A stretch of 64,000 bases of DNA from Candidatus Hydrogenedentota bacterium (GCA_963674865.2 CAXXYE010000010.1:1-64000), one strand, 5' to 3'; numbered from the stretch's first letter, positions 20,765-31,790 are shown. The notes: generated from the letters alone by a model not told the origin. Program-made: numbers and translations.

Positions 20765-21745
20765 GTGATGAGTGATCTGAAAGATCCCTTTTTGTCCATA
20801 GTCATCCCGGTTTACAACGAAGAAGAGTCCCTTCCGCCGCTCCATTCGGAAATTACCGAGGCTATGGTGGAGATCTCGGCCAAGCGCTACGAGATCATCC
20901 TCGTAGATGACGGCAGTAGAGACGATTCGCACAAAGTATGCTGCCGCTTATACGACGAAGACCCAAGCCATGTAAGAGTGATCCGGCTGAGAAGGAACTT
21001 CGGCCAGACCGCCGCCATGGCCGCTGGCTTTGATGCCGCCCGGGGCGACATCATCATCCCCATGGACGCCGACCTGCAGAACGACCCGAGGGACATCGGC
21101 ATCCTCGTCGACAAGATCAGGCAGGGCTTCGACGTTGTCAGCGGCTGGCGAGCGGATAGGAAGGACAAGTTCCTAACGCGCCGCGTGCCGTCCATCTTGG
21201 CCAATGCCGCGATATCCGGCATCACGGGCGTGAATCTCCACGACTACGGATGCACGCTCAAGGCATACCGCCGGGAGATTATGGAGCACATGCATCTCTA
21301 CGGCGAGATGCACCGGTTTCTGCCTGCTCTGGCCCGCTGGGCCGGTGCGCACGTGACGGAGCTCAAGGTAAATCACCGCCCGAGGAAGTTCGGTACCTCC
21401 AAGTACGGCCTCGGGCGAACCGTACGCGTCATCCTGGACTTGATCACCGTCAAGTTTCTCCTCTCCTACTCCACCAAACCCATGCAGGTCTTTGGCAAAC
21501 TGGGCATCGCCTCCTTCGCGGTCGGATTCGCTTCCGGCGCGCTCTCCATCGGACTCAAGCTCTTCGCAAATCGCGACGTTACCGATAATCCCTGGATGCT
21601 TGTGAGCATCTTCTTCATGTTGGGCGGGCTGCAATTGATCTGCATGGGCCTACTCGGCGAAATCAACGTCCGCACCTACTACGAAAGCCAGAACAAGACC
21701 ATCTACACCGTGCGTGACACGCGCCAGCAGGACCCGGATTGTTGA
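20765..21745 (+). CDS. Glycosyltransferase family 2, polyprenol-phosphate glycosyltransferase (ArnC/GtrB-like)
   Basis: SIVIPVYNEE, VDDGS, RNFGQTAA, MDADLQND and two C-terminal TM helices. Confidence 0.93.
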   Translation: MMSDLKDPFLSIVIPVYNEEESLPPLHSEITEAMVEISAKRYEIILVDDGSRDDSHKVCCRLYDEDPSHVRVIRLRRNFGQTAAMAAGFDAARGDIIIPMDADLQNDPRDIGILVDKIRQGFDVVSGWRADRKDKFLTRRVPSILANAAISGITGVNLHDYGCTLKAYRREIMEHMHLYGEMHRFLPALARWAGAHVTELKVNHRPRKFGTSKYGLGRTVRVILDLITVKFLLSYSTKPMQVFGKLGIASFAVGFASGALSIGLKLFANRDVTDNPWMLVSIFFMLGGLQLICMGLLGEINVRTYYESQNKTIYTVRDTRQQDPDC

Positions 21746-21782
21746 CGCACTATCCCGCGGGTGACGCCCGTGACATCGGCAC

Positions 21783-22931
21783 ATGAGGCGCATGAACGTA
21801 CTTCTTCTCAACTATGAATACCCACCCCTTGGGGGCGGTGCGGCGAATGCGACCGCGCATCTCCTCCGGGAGTTCGCCCAAGACCCCGAACTTAACATTG
21901 ATCTTGTCACCTCCTCCACGGGCATATCCCGCGTCGAGGAGCTTTCGGAGCGAATCACGGCCCATTTCCTCGACATAGGTAAAGAGGGAAACCTGCACTA
22001 CCAGACGAACCGCGATCTGCTGGCCTACTCCTGGCGGGCCTATCGCTATGCCAAGCACCTCGCGAAGCGGACAAAGTATGACCTCTGCCACGCCTTCTTT
22101 GGCATCCCGTGTGGCTACATTGCCCGCAAACTCGGATTCCCCTACATCGTGTCCCTACGCGGATCGGACGTGCCCTTCTACAACGAGCGCTTCCACTATC
22201 CCGACCGGCTTGTCTTCAAGCGGCTCAGTGTTCGCATCTGGAGCCGTGCCGCATGGGTGGTCGCCAATTCCGCCGGCCTTCGAGACTTGGCCCTCCGCTC
22301 CGCGCCGAAGCAGCGCATCGAGGTTATCTACAATGGCGTGGACACCACCGCGTTTCAGCCTGCGTCCGAGCCCAGGCAGGAAGGACAGGGCCTGCGCGTG
22401 CTGTGCGTTTCGCGCCTGATCGAGCGCAAGGGTATCCAGTACCTGATACGCGCCATGGCCCAACTCCACGATCTCGGCGCTCGTCTTACCCTCGTGGGCG
22501 ACGGGAACGAGAAAGCCTCTCTTCAGGAGCTGGCGCACGGCCTCGGCGTCAGCGAATGCATCCTGTTCACGGGGGCAGTCGACCACGAGGGCATCGCGGA
22601 CCTCTACCGGCAGCACGATGTCTTTGTCCTGCCTTCATTGAACGAAGGAATGAGCAACACCGTGCTCGAAGCCATGGCCTGCGGCCTGCCCATCGTTATG
22701 ACCGACACGGGCGGGGCGGCCGAATTGCTCAAAGACGGCGTCAACGGCTACCTGATCGACAAGCGCGCCACCCGCGACCTTGTTGCAAGGCTGCGCGCGT
22801 ACGCGGAGAATCCCGAGGAAGTTATTAGCCACGGTGCCGAATCGCGGCGGCTCGCCGAATCCCTCAGTTGGCGCAGCGTCGCTGCGGCCTACAAAGACCT
22901 CTATCTCGCCACCGCCGCCGGTTCGCGCTGA
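21783..22931 (+). CDS. Glycosyltransferase family 4
   Basis: YEYPPLGGG, SRLIERKG and PSLNEGMSNTVLEAMACG. Confidence 0.93.
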   Translation: MRRMNVLLLNYEYPPLGGGAANATAHLLREFAQDPELNIDLVTSSTGISRVEELSERITAHFLDIGKEGNLHYQTNRDLLAYSWRAYRYAKHLAKRTKYDLCHAFFGIPCGYIARKLGFPYIVSLRGSDVPFYNERFHYPDRLVFKRLSVRIWSRAAWVVANSAGLRDLALRSAPKQRIEVIYNGVDTTAFQPASEPRQEGQGLRVLCVSRLIERKGIQYLIRAMAQLHDLGARLTLVGDGNEKASLQELAHGLGVSECILFTGAVDHEGIADLYRQHDVFVLPSLNEGMSNTVLEAMACGLPIVMTDTGGAAELLKDGVNGYLIDKRATRDLVARLRAYAENPEEVISHGAESRRLAESLSWRSVAAAYKDLYLATAAGSR

Positions 22932-24334
22932 GCGTCCGTGTCGGCGGATTCTCCGCCCCAGGCGGCCCCCATCAGGAGTTCCAGATTCGCCACGCCCACC
23001 TGCAAGTCGCGTTCGGCCCGCGCCCGCTCGATATCGAAGTCCAGCAGCACTCGCACGCTCTGCATCACGTCGAGGAAGCCCGACTCCGCCAAACCCGTCG
23101 CGTAGCCGCTCAACACGCCCTCATACGTCTGCTGGGCCGTCGGGATCAGCGTCGTTTCATAGAGGCGATGACGCCGCAGCGCATCTTCAATCTCGAACAA
23201 GGCCATCCGTGCAGTGCGTTCCAGTTCGAGCCGCTTGCGATGCCTCTCATGCTCCGCGGCTGCGGCCATGAGTTCAGCTTCCGCGATGGCCCCCTTGATC
23301 TTCTTCCGCCAGATGGGCACGTTGACGCTGATCGAGGCCATCACGTTATCCCGGCCCCCATCCCGGTATGACATGGGCTCATCGCTTGTGGCCAGCGCGT
23401 ATGCGTCGATGGCCCCGTTCACGGCGTCGAAAGGCGCCGCGCCCGTCAACACGTTGAACGCGCGGCGGCCCGCGTTTAGCGACGCCGGATAAGGGCGGTC
23501 GGGCCGAATCTGCCTTGGCGCGCTGAGGGACGCATACTCGATTCCCAAGGTGAAATCCGGGAATCGTCGCTTTCGGGCCAGCTCCACCTGCCGTAGCCGG
23601 CTCTCGATTACGTGCTCGAATTCGAGCAGCTTCGGATTGGCCTCGTCCAGCGTGGCGGCCACTTCCTCTACCGAGGGCCATTCCGTAGGCAGGGCAGCCT
23701 CGGAAGGCCAGGCCAACGGCTCGCCCGGCTCCCGTCCTATGGCTTCCGCGAGCTGCGCGGACAGGGCTGGACGTGACGCTATCAGGCCGTCAAGGAAATC
23801 CTTTGTCTTCGCCGTCTCTATCTGCACGCGGAGTAGATCATCCTGGCTCGTCATTCCGAGCGCGTATTTCGAGCGTACTACCTCCTCCAGGTAGTCGAGG
23901 ATCTCCAATTCGGATTGCGCGGCTTCGATATTGGCCGCCAGAAAAGCGTAGTCGAAGTAAGTTCGCTTCACGGCGGCGAAGACCCCGTCGCGTTGCCCGT
24001 AGAACCGCATCAGGGCCGCTTCGGCCTCCGCAGCCGCCTTGTCGCCTTGTTTGCGCAGCGTACCAAACCATGGGAACTTCTGCTTCAGGCCCAGATTGAA
24101 CCGGTTCACGTCCGACTGGAGGAACTGGCCGTAGGTGAACATCGGATCATCGAGGCCTCTCGCCTGCGGTATGCGCTGTAAGGCCGCCTGCCACTCCGCG
24201 TAACGGGCATGTAGGCCCGGATGGCTGTCGCCTGCCTCGATCAGATACGCCCTGAGTTCATCATTGGCGGCGTGAAGCGCGGGTGAGGCAACATCCGAGA
24301 ATGCGGACGTGAAAAGAATAACGATCGCTGCCAT
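22901..24334 (-). CDS. TolC family outer-membrane factor of heavy-metal RND efflux
   Basis: LKQKFPWFG, RFPDF..G and ISVNVPIW; follows cusA; start re-called at ATG 24334 (GGAG RBS). Confidence 0.88.
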   Translation of the reverse strand: MAAIVILFTSAFSDVASPALHAANDELRAYLIEAGDSHPGLHARYAEWQAALQRIPQARGLDDPMFTYGQFLQSDVNRFNLGLKQKFPWFGTLRKQGDKAAAEAEAALMRFYGQRDGVFAAVKRTYFDYAFLAANIEAAQSELEILDYLEEVVRSKYALGMTSQDDLLRVQIETAKTKDFLDGLIASRPALSAQLAEAIGREPGEPLAWPSEAALPTEWPSVEEVAATLDEANPKLLEFEHVIESRLRQVELARKRRFPDFTLGIEYASLSAPRQIRPDRPYPASLNAGRRAFNVLTGAAPFDAVNGAIDAYALATSDEPMSYRDGGRDNVMASISVNVPIWRKKIKGAIAEAELMAAAAEHERHRKRLELERTARMALFEIEDALRRHRLYETTLIPTAQQTYEGVLSGYATGLAESGFLDVMQSVRVLLDFDIERARAERDLQVGVANLELLMGAAWGGESADTDAQREPAAVAR

Positions 24335-24410
24335 TGTTTGATGCTCCCACTTGTTCAAATGCCCCTCATAGAGGAATGGCCGACGCTCCGGCCCATTCCG
24401 CCTGAGGCCG

Positions 24411-27400
24411 TCAGGCGCTGTCGGACACGGAAGACCAACGCCGCGCGTGCAACCGGAGTTCCTGAATCCAACAATACAGTACGGGAACGAGAAACACAGA
24501 CACAAAGACCACCAGCATCCCGCCGAATGACGGTATCGCCATAGGAACCAACACGTCGGCACCGCGGCCCGACGACGTAAGCACCGGGATGAGCGCCAAC
24601 ACTGTCGTCGCCGTCGTCATCAGGCACGGGCGAATCCTCCGAACCGCTCCGGCCACTGTCGCCTCCCGGATCTCCGCCACTGTTGTCGTCTTGCGCGCGG
24701 CGAAGCTTTGATCGAGGTACGTGGCGATCACGACGCCGTTATCGGACGCGATTCCGAAGAGCGCCAGGAAGCCCACCCAGATGGCCACACTCAGGTTGAT
24801 GGGATGCACCTGGAACAGATCGCGCAGGTTCACGCCGAACACGTCGAAATCCATGAACCATGAACGCCCGTAGAGCCACATGAGCAGGAAGCCCCCTGCC
24901 CATGCGACAAGGATTCCCGAGAACACAAGCGCCGTCGTCGGCACGGCACGGAATTGGAAATAGAGAATGAGGAAGATCGTCAACAGCGCCACGGGCAACA
25001 CAATGGACAAGGTTTTCTGTGCGCGGAGCTGGTTCTCATACGTGCCCGCAAACGTATAGCTGACGCCGGGCGGCACGACGAAGTCGCCGCTCTCGGCCTT
25101 TTCTTCGAGGTAGCGCTGGCAGTTCTCAACGACGTCCACTTCCGCGAACGCGGGCCGCTTGTCGAAAACGACGTATCCCGTCAGGAACGTGTCTTCGCTC
25201 TTGATGGCTTGCGGGCCGCGGACATAACGAATCTCCGCCAACTGTGTCAGCGGAATCTGGGCGCCCGTGGGCGTCGGCACCAGGATCTTCCCGAGCGACT
25301 CGATATCATCCCGCAACTCCCGCATGTAACGCACCCGCACCGGATAGCGTTCCCGGCCTTCCACCGTCGTCGTGATCCGTCGCCCCCCGATGGCCACTTC
25401 GATGACGTTCTGCACCTCTCGGATGTGCACGCCGTAGCGCGCGATAGCCTCCCGATCAATATCAATCTCGAGATACGGTTTGCCCACAATACGATCGGCG
25501 ATCACCGATGAAGGCTCTACGCCTGGCGTCTCCTTCAGGAGACGCTCGATCTCCAGGCCGACCTTCTCGATGGTTTCCAGGTCGGGCCCTTTCACCTTGA
25601 CTCCCATAGGCGCGCGCATCCCGCTCTGGAGCATCACGATGCGCGCCGCAATGGGCTGCAAGCGCGGCGCGGAGGTCGCCCCGGGAATCCGCCCGGCCGC
25701 GACGACCGCTTGCCAGATATCGTCGGGTTTGCGGATCTGCTCTCGCCATTGCCGGTAGGGCCTGCCGTGAGGCTCTTCAATGAGCGCGCCTTTGCTGTCG
25801 CGTACGAAAGCGCCCCGCCCCTCGTCGTACTTGAACCGTAGACGCTGCCCGGTTTCATCCGTGATGTACTCGGGCCTGTACGTCACCACCGTCTCAATCA
25901 TCGAAATGGGCGCCGGGTCGAGCGCGCTGTCCACCCTACCGATCTTCCCAACCACCGTCTCGATTTCCGGGATGCCCGAAAAGGCCAGATCCTGTTTCTG
26001 CAGCACATCCATGGCTTCACCGATGGAAGCGTGCGGCATCACTGTCGGCATGTACAGGTAGGACCCCTCGTCCAGCGGAGGCATGAATTCCTTGCCGAAG
26101 CCCGGGAACGCCGCGGACAGCTTTCCCCACAGTTTTGTGTCCCGAACGGCGTCCCCCGGTATGAAGCCGAAAACGCCCTCAAATCCCAGCCAAGCCATAG
26201 CGCCGATGAGAATGAGCGCCACCGGCACCACCATGTACGCGAGCTTGTGATCCAGACACCACCGAAGCAGCCGCGGGAACCCGCGCTGAAACGCCCAGAA
26301 AAGAAGCAGAAGTAGGCCGATGATCCCCGCCACGAAAACGAAGTTGCGAACCGTCCCTTTCTCGGGCCCCAGAGGCAGCCAATGCTGCGTGAGAACGAAG
26401 GCAACTCCCGCCACCGCCAACGCATTGGCGCCATATCCGGCCCCGTCGCGCAGTTTCTGCGAGAGAAACTCGGCGAACAGGCCGTGAAGGCCAAACAAGA
26501 TCACGATCAGGCCCACCCACCAGCTCACCAGAACCATGAGCGCGATGCCGGCCGCAATGCCCAGCAGGGCGATCGCGCGTTTGCCTGCCTTCGCACGGAG
26601 CCGGCCCGCCAAGAACACATGCGCCAGCGGCGGAATGATGATGAGTGCCACGATCACCGAAGCCACCAGCGCGAATGTTTTCGTGAACGCAAGCGGCCTG
26701 AACAGCTTGCCCTCCGCACCTGTCATCGTGAAGACCGGTAGGAAGCCGACCACCGTCGTCGACACCGCCGTCAGCACGGCCCCGCCGACCTCCTGCGCCG
26801 CGCGAAAGACGACCTCGGCCCGGTTCGCTTCTTCGCCCGCTTCGTCAAGGTGGCGAAGGATGTTCTCGCAGATGATGATGCCCATGTCCACCATCGTGCC
26901 GATGGCTATCGCGATCCCCGACAGGGCCACAATATTGGCGTCCACGCCAAACAGTTTCATAGCGATGAAACACATCAACACCGCGAGCGGCAGCAGTCCG
27001 CTCACCAGGACCGAGCTTCTCAGGTGGCGCACCATCACGATGATCACGATGATCGTCACCAGGATCTCCTCGATGAGCGCCTTGTTGAGCGTGCCCAAGG
27101 TCTCATGGATTAGCCCCGTGCGATCGTAAAAGGGCACCACCGTCACTTGGCTCGTGTTGATCCACGGCGGCCACGCGCTCCGCGGGTGCGCCCGCAGCCA
27201 TTCCAGCCACGCCGCCTGGTTCGGCGCGCCGCCGGAAAAGGCCTCAAACCCTTGCTCGCGTGCGAATGCCTCCACCTGCGCCTGTTCGATCATGGAGGGG
27301 TCGATCACCACCTTCATTGGAAGCCCGGCGGCGATTTCTTCGATCTTCTTCTTGACGTTTTCGATCGCGGCCAGGGGATTTGCGCCGTATCGAACGACCA

Positions 27401-28358
27401 CCACCCCGCCCACGGCCTCCGCGCCGCTCTTGTCCAGCGCCCCGCGCCGCAAGGCCGGGCCGAGCGTCACCCGCCCCACGTCCTTGATGCGGATGGGAAC
27501 GTTCTCGGTGCTCTTTACGACGCTTTGCTCGATATCGGCGATGTTCTTGATAAAGCCCACGCCGCGAATGACGTACTCGACCTTGTTGACCTCGATAGTC
27601 CGCGCCCCTACGTCCACATTCGACATCCGCACCGCGTTGAAAACGTCCTCGAGCCCGATACGGTTGGCCCGCATCGCATCGGGGTCGACATCGATTTGGT
27701 ACTCCTGCACGAACCCGCCCACGGACGCCACTTCGCTCACGCCATCCGCCGATAGCAGGGCATAACGCACCTGCCAATCCTGGACGCTCCGAAGCTCGTG
27801 CAAGTCCCAGCCGCCGGCCGGCTGTCCCTCCGGCGTGCGGCCCTCCAGCGTGTACCAGAACACCTGGCCCAGGGCCGTCGCGTCCGGGCCCAGCGCGGGC
27901 TGCACCCCATCCGGCAGTGTCCCCACCGACAGGCTGCTCAACTTCTCGAGGACGCGGCTGCGCGACCAGTAGAACTCGATGTCCTCCTTGAAGATGACGT
28001 AGATGCTCGAGAAGCCGAAGAAAGAGAAGCTGCGCACCGTCCGTACTCCCGGGATGCCCAGCAACGACACCGTGAGAGGATAGGTGACCTGATCCTCCAC
28101 ATCCTGCGGAGATCGCCCCGGCCATTCGGTGAAGACGATTTGCTGGTTCTCGCCGATATCCGGAATGGCGTCCACGGGCACCGGGCGCCGTGGCAGCCCA
28201 CCCAGCCGCCAATCGAAGGGGGCCACCATAATCCCCCAGCCCACGAGAACGACGATGAGCAGCACAACCACCAGCTTGTTGTGCAGGAAGAAGAAGATGA
28301 CCTGATCAAGGGGAGACATCTTCGGCGCCGGCGTATCTTGGCTGGCCGCCTCACTCAT
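24411..28358 (-). CDS. cusA: CusA/CzcA family heavy-metal efflux RND permease
   Basis: VDAIPDIGENQQIVFTEWPGRSPQDVEDQVTYP, GPDATALGQ, IAIGTMVD, EFMPPLDEG and RIRPCLMT; start ATG 28358. Confidence 0.95.
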   Translation of the reverse strand: MSEAASQDTPAPKMSPLDQVIFFFLHNKLVVVLLIVVLVGWGIMVAPFDWRLGGLPRRPVPVDAIPDIGENQQIVFTEWPGRSPQDVEDQVTYPLTVSLLGIPGVRTVRSFSFFGFSSIYVIFKEDIEFYWSRSRVLEKLSSLSVGTLPDGVQPALGPDATALGQVFWYTLEGRTPEGQPAGGWDLHELRSVQDWQVRYALLSADGVSEVASVGGFVQEYQIDVDPDAMRANRIGLEDVFNAVRMSNVDVGARTIEVNKVEYVIRGVGFIKNIADIEQSVVKSTENVPIRIKDVGRVTLGPALRRGALDKSGAEAVGGVVVVRYGANPLAAIENVKKKIEEIAAGLPMKVVIDPSMIEQAQVEAFAREQGFEAFSGGAPNQAAWLEWLRAHPRSAWPPWINTSQVTVVPFYDRTGLIHETLGTLNKALIEEILVTIIVIIVMVRHLRSSVLVSGLLPLAVLMCFIAMKLFGVDANIVALSGIAIAIGTMVDMGIIICENILRHLDEAGEEANRAEVVFRAAQEVGGAVLTAVSTTVVGFLPVFTMTGAEGKLFRPLAFTKTFALVASVIVALIIIPPLAHVFLAGRLRAKAGKRAIALLGIAAGIALMVLVSWWVGLIVILFGLHGLFAEFLSQKLRDGAGYGANALAVAGVAFVLTQHWLPLGPEKGTVRNFVFVAGIIGLLLLLFWAFQRGFPRLLRWCLDHKLAYMVVPVALILIGAMAWLGFEGVFGFIPGDAVRDTKLWGKLSAAFPGFGKEFMPPLDEGSYLYMPTVMPHASIGEAMDVLQKQDLAFSGIPEIETVVGKIGRVDSALDPAPISMIETVVTYRPEYITDETGQRLRFKYDEGRGAFVRDSKGALIEEPHGRPYRQWREQIRKPDDIWQAVVAAGRIPGATSAPRLQPIAARIVMLQSGMRAPMGVKVKGPDLETIEKVGLEIERLLKETPGVEPSSVIADRIVGKPYLEIDIDREAIARYGVHIREVQNVIEVAIGGRRITTTVEGRERYPVRVRYMRELRDDIESLGKILVPTPTGAQIPLTQLAEIRYVRGPQAIKSEDTFLTGYVVFDKRPAFAEVDVVENCQRYLEEKAESGDFVVPPGVSYTFAGTYENQLRAQKTLSIVLPVALLTIFLILYFQFRAVPTTALVFSGILVAWAGGFLLMWLYGRSWFMDFDVFGVNLRDLFQVHPINLSVAIWVGFLALFGIASDNGVVIATYLDQSFAARKTTTVAEIREATVAGAVRRIRPCLMTTATTVLALIPVLTSSGRGADVLVPMAIPSFGGMLVVFVSVFLVPVLYCWIQELRLHARRWSSVSDSA

Positions 28359-30396
28359 GTGCTTCGGCCTTCCCACCCGACCCCAACGTCTCGATAACCT
28401 CGCCGCACCGAAGCATCGCCGCACCGAAATACGGATTCCGCACCTCGCCGTCGGCCTGAAGCCACAGCGCCCCCCTGTTATCGAATGCCATCGGGCAGCG
28501 CAGCACGTTTACCGGCGATGCCTCGCCCATCTCGGCGGCCCTCAATGCATCGACGATGGCCTCAGTCAATGCCGAGAACGGCGGCCGCAGGTTGCGCAGA
28601 TCGCTTGAGGCGGCCGCGGCATCACTCACTGGCTTCTCCAAAGCCTCCGCCAACGCCCGCCATACCTCGTTCGCGTCGCCTTCCGGGATCCCCGCGGCGA
28701 ACGCCTTGGCCGCTTCCTTCAGGCCACCGACGGCCGATGCCGCCGCCGTGCCGTCATCCTTTGCCAGCGCTTCCTGTAGGCGGTAGTAGCTGTCGAGCAG
28801 CGGCTCGAACGCCGCGGGCGGCGGCGCTGAATCCGCGGCCGGTGCCATCGCCGGCGCTTCCATCTTCATGCCCGGGCTTTCATGCTCGTGCGCCGGCGAT
28901 AGGCCGCTTCCTGGCCCCATCATGCTCGGCTTCGCCAGAATCTGCAGCGCGCTGTCAATCTTGAAATTCCCGTTGATGACTACCCGCTCGTCCTCGCTCA
29001 GGCCGCCTCGAACGATGTAGTAGTCCCCGGCGCGTGGCCCGAGAACGACCTCACGCCCCTCGAAGGTCGGCGATTCCGCGTGCATCACTTCGACGTACAC
29101 CACGGCCCGCGTGCCTGTCACCAGCGCCGCCGTCACAGGGATGACGAGGGGCTTCTCTGACGGGCCCGCCTCCGCCGATACATAGCCCAATTCCTCCGCG
29201 CGCACCAGCGGCATCCCACACACATCGCACGTGCCCGGCCCATCCTTCACGATCTCCGGGTGCATGGGCGAGATCCACTTTCCCGCCAGCGCGGGCTCCA
29301 TCACCCGCCCGCCGGAAGCTACTTGGGCGCGCACTGTTCCCCGTACGAACATCGCCGGCTTCAGTTTCCCCGTCGGATTCTCCACGTTGGCCCGGACCTT
29401 CACCGTCCGCGTCACATCGTCCAGGAACGGCTCAATGAAAGAAATCTGCCCCTCGAAGACCTCCCCCGGATAGGCGCCGGCGGTGATCTCGACGTGCTGC
29501 CCATAGCGCAGCCACGGCAGGTCGGATTCGTATGCGTCCAGTTCGATCCACACCCGGCTCAGATCCGCAATGGTGTAGATTCGTGTCCCCCGCTCGACGT
29601 ACATGCCCTCTTGGCCCGCGCGCTGGATCACCGTCCCGCCCACGGGCGCATAGATCGTGATGCGATCCGGAAGGTCGCCCGTCTTCTCGGCTTGAGAGAT
29701 CTGAGCGTGTGTCAGGCCCCACAGCCGTAGTCGGCGTCGCGCGGCGTCCAGCGTCGCCTCCGCCGTGTCACGAAGCACGCCCGGCGATTCGGGCCGGAGC
29801 CGATTCACCGCGGCCAGGGCCTGGCGGAGTTCCTCCTGCGCCGTCAGCAGTTCCGGGCTGTATATCTCGACCATGTGGTCGCCCTTGCGCACCGCAATGC
29901 CCGTATAGTCCACGAAAAGCCTATCCAGCCGCCCTGGCACCCACGCCGTGATCTCCGCAAGCCGTGTCTCGTCGTAGTTCACCTTCCCCACCATCCGCAC
30001 AACCGCCGTCACGAACTTCCGCGCCACGGGCGCCGTCTCGATGTCCATCAGCGCCTTGGCTTCTTCGGTGGTGGTGAAGACACGCGGGCCGGCCTCTTGC
30101 GCGTCACCGATGTCGACGGGGACTAGATCCATCCCGCAGATGGGGCACTGCCCGGCCTGGGATTGTTGGATCTGCGGATGCATCGAGCACGTCCAGAACT
30201 GCGCCTCCGCCTTCTCAGTGTGCTCATGCATCGCCTCGGGCGGCGGGACGGTTGTTGGGATTGTCATCAGACATCCCCGCAATGCATATCCCGCCACGAC
30301 CCCCACGAGAACGAGCGCAATGCCCCCCGTACGACGACGTGCCCAGACCTCAGCCCGCCGGTTGCCTCTCCCTTCGGTGGCGCTCGGATGCATCAT
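28351..30396 (-). CDS. cusB: CusB-like periplasmic adaptor with heavy-metal-binding domains and a C-terminal DUF3347-like domain
   Basis: WTCSMHPQI..GQCPICGMDL, second WISPMHP..CDVCGMPL, YSPEL, and CPMA..W..NPYFG..MLRCG. Confidence 0.9.
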   Translation of the reverse strand: MMHPSATEGRGNRRAEVWARRRTGGIALVLVGVVAGYALRGCLMTIPTTVPPPEAMHEHTEKAEAQFWTCSMHPQIQQSQAGQCPICGMDLVPVDIGDAQEAGPRVFTTTEEAKALMDIETAPVARKFVTAVVRMVGKVNYDETRLAEITAWVPGRLDRLFVDYTGIAVRKGDHMVEIYSPELLTAQEELRQALAAVNRLRPESPGVLRDTAEATLDAARRRLRLWGLTHAQISQAEKTGDLPDRITIYAPVGGTVIQRAGQEGMYVERGTRIYTIADLSRVWIELDAYESDLPWLRYGQHVEITAGAYPGEVFEGQISFIEPFLDDVTRTVKVRANVENPTGKLKPAMFVRGTVRAQVASGGRVMEPALAGKWISPMHPEIVKDGPGTCDVCGMPLVRAEELGYVSAEAGPSEKPLVIPVTAALVTGTRAVVYVEVMHAESPTFEGREVVLGPRAGDYYIVRGGLSEDERVVINGNFKIDSALQILAKPSMMGPGSGLSPAHEHESPGMKMEAPAMAPAADSAPPPAAFEPLLDSYYRLQEALAKDDGTAAASAVGGLKEAAKAFAAGIPEGDANEVWRALAEALEKPVSDAAAASSDLRNLRPPFSALTEAIVDALRAAEMGEASPVNVLRCPMAFDNRGALWLQADGEVRNPYFGAAMLRCGEVIETLGSGGKAEAHE

Positions 30397-30524
30397 ACTC
30401 GCACCTCGCTCGCGCCGTAATCTTGGCACACGCTGCCTACACGGCGCCCTGGCCCGTCCAGCGAGGAAACATTATGAAACTGCTCAGGATTCCCCTGTTT
30501 GCGGCAGTGCCGCCGCAAGAAGGC

Positions 30525-31790
30525 TCAACGAGTGGGGGAGGGCGGCAGGAGGAATAGGCGCCCCGCCCCTGAATCGAGCGCTACCTGGAGGCCCTCCATG
30601 GCAGGACTGTCATCGACAAGGGCCAGTTCCCGGCCCGACCACGGATCCACTTCCACGACCTCCGCGGCGTCAACATCGAACGTCACCGTCGGCCATGCCG
30701 TGTAAGCGAATCGGTAGTTGTTGAGCATTACGGCGCGGCGGCCGTCGGCGTGCCGGAACACCCCGATGAGATAGTCAGGCGAGGGATCGCGCGACGCCCC
30801 GGAAATGCTCGTGATAGGACATCCCTCGAGCGACTCCCGCGGATCATCATCGGGCCCCAGCCGGTAGACGCCGGTGCTGGTAAGCTTCATGAGCGTCGGC
30901 CCCAAGTTGCGGAGTTGTTCGTTGATGCGGCGCGCCTGGTAATAGTGATTTGTCCGCCGATCATCCGTTGTAATAATCGCGCCGCCCTTGGGGAACTCCC
31001 CGCCCCCCGGCGTGTAATAACAGAAATAGAGCACGCCCTTGGCGCCGTACGCGATGGACGTGAAGACCTGCCACCGCAATTGGGCCTCCGTCGGATCCGT
31101 GTGCGAGCCGTAAGGCATGGTGTTGAAGAAGTTCCAGAAGGGAATCCCCGCCCGTAGCGAGTGCCGCCGCATGACATCCAGGTTGGCGCAGTAGGCGTCC
31201 CGGCCGTCACGGCCAGGCTTGAACTGCGGATAGTGATCCATCGACAAGACCTCGGGCCGCACCTCATCCACGAATCGGGCCACGTGCTCCTCATACGTGT
31301 TCGTGCCCAACTGCCCCGCGTTGGCGTAATTCGGGAAGAGGTTGATATACGCCAGGCGCCCCGGGCGCGCTTCCCTAACGGCATCCACTTGTTGTCGGAG
31401 TGCCGGGAAATCAGCTGCGCTCGGCTCATCGCGCATCAGGTAGCCCCAACAGGCCGGGCCCTCCGCGTACTGCTCTGGTTCGAGGCCGCGCGTGCCGACG
31501 AGGGCCTTCAGGCCGAACTTCTCGCACAGCTGGAGCTGCCTGTCTATCTGCTCCCGCGTCTTCGCTCCGAACCTGCCAAGCACCAACGTGAAGTTGGCAT
31601 CCGCGATTTCGGCGTACCGCTCGGCCATCCGCTCATCGGCCGGAGGATCCACCCAGAATCCGATCGCGAACCGATCCTGGACAAATCCGGGAGTTTCCGG
31701 AGCGCCTGTGTGGCGTGTCACGCTCGCGCACCCGGCAAATACGCTGGCCGATAGCAAAGCCATGCCTAGGCTCAAGGTAGGACGATTCAT
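30525..31790 (-). CDS. Lipoprotein, putative glycoside hydrolase (TIM-barrel, GH42-like)
   Basis: Lipobox FAGC; MRDEP, SMDHYP and AYGAKGVLYF. Confidence 0.6.
   Translation of the reverse strand: MNRPTLSLGMALLSASVFAGCASVTRHTGAPETPGFVQDRFAIGFWVDPPADERMAERYAEIADANFTLVLGRFGAKTREQIDRQLQLCEKFGLKALVGTRGLEPEQYAEGPACWGYLMRDEPSAADFPALRQQVDAVREARPGRLAYINLFPNYANAGQLGTNTYEEHVARFVDEVRPEVLSMDHYPQFKPGRDGRDAYCANLDVMRRHSLRAGIPFWNFFNTMPYGSHTDPTEAQLRWQVFTSIAYGAKGVLYFCYYTPGGGEFPKGGAIITTDDRRTNHYYQARRINEQLRNLGPTLMKLTSTGVYRLGPDDDPRESLEGCPITSISGASRDPSPDYLIGVFRHADGRRAVMLNNYRFAYTAWPTVTFDVDAAEVVEVDPWSGRELALVDDSPAMEGLQVALDSGAGRLFLLPPSPTR

Noticed and set aside
22901..22931. 31-bp convergent overlap of the GT4 and TolC 3' ends
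   Set aside because: Short tail-to-tail overlaps are common; nothing suggests a function
24335..24562. Long N-terminal extension of the TolC ORF
   Set aside because: Overlaps the cusA 3' end; ATG 24334 has an RBS and a signal-like N-terminus
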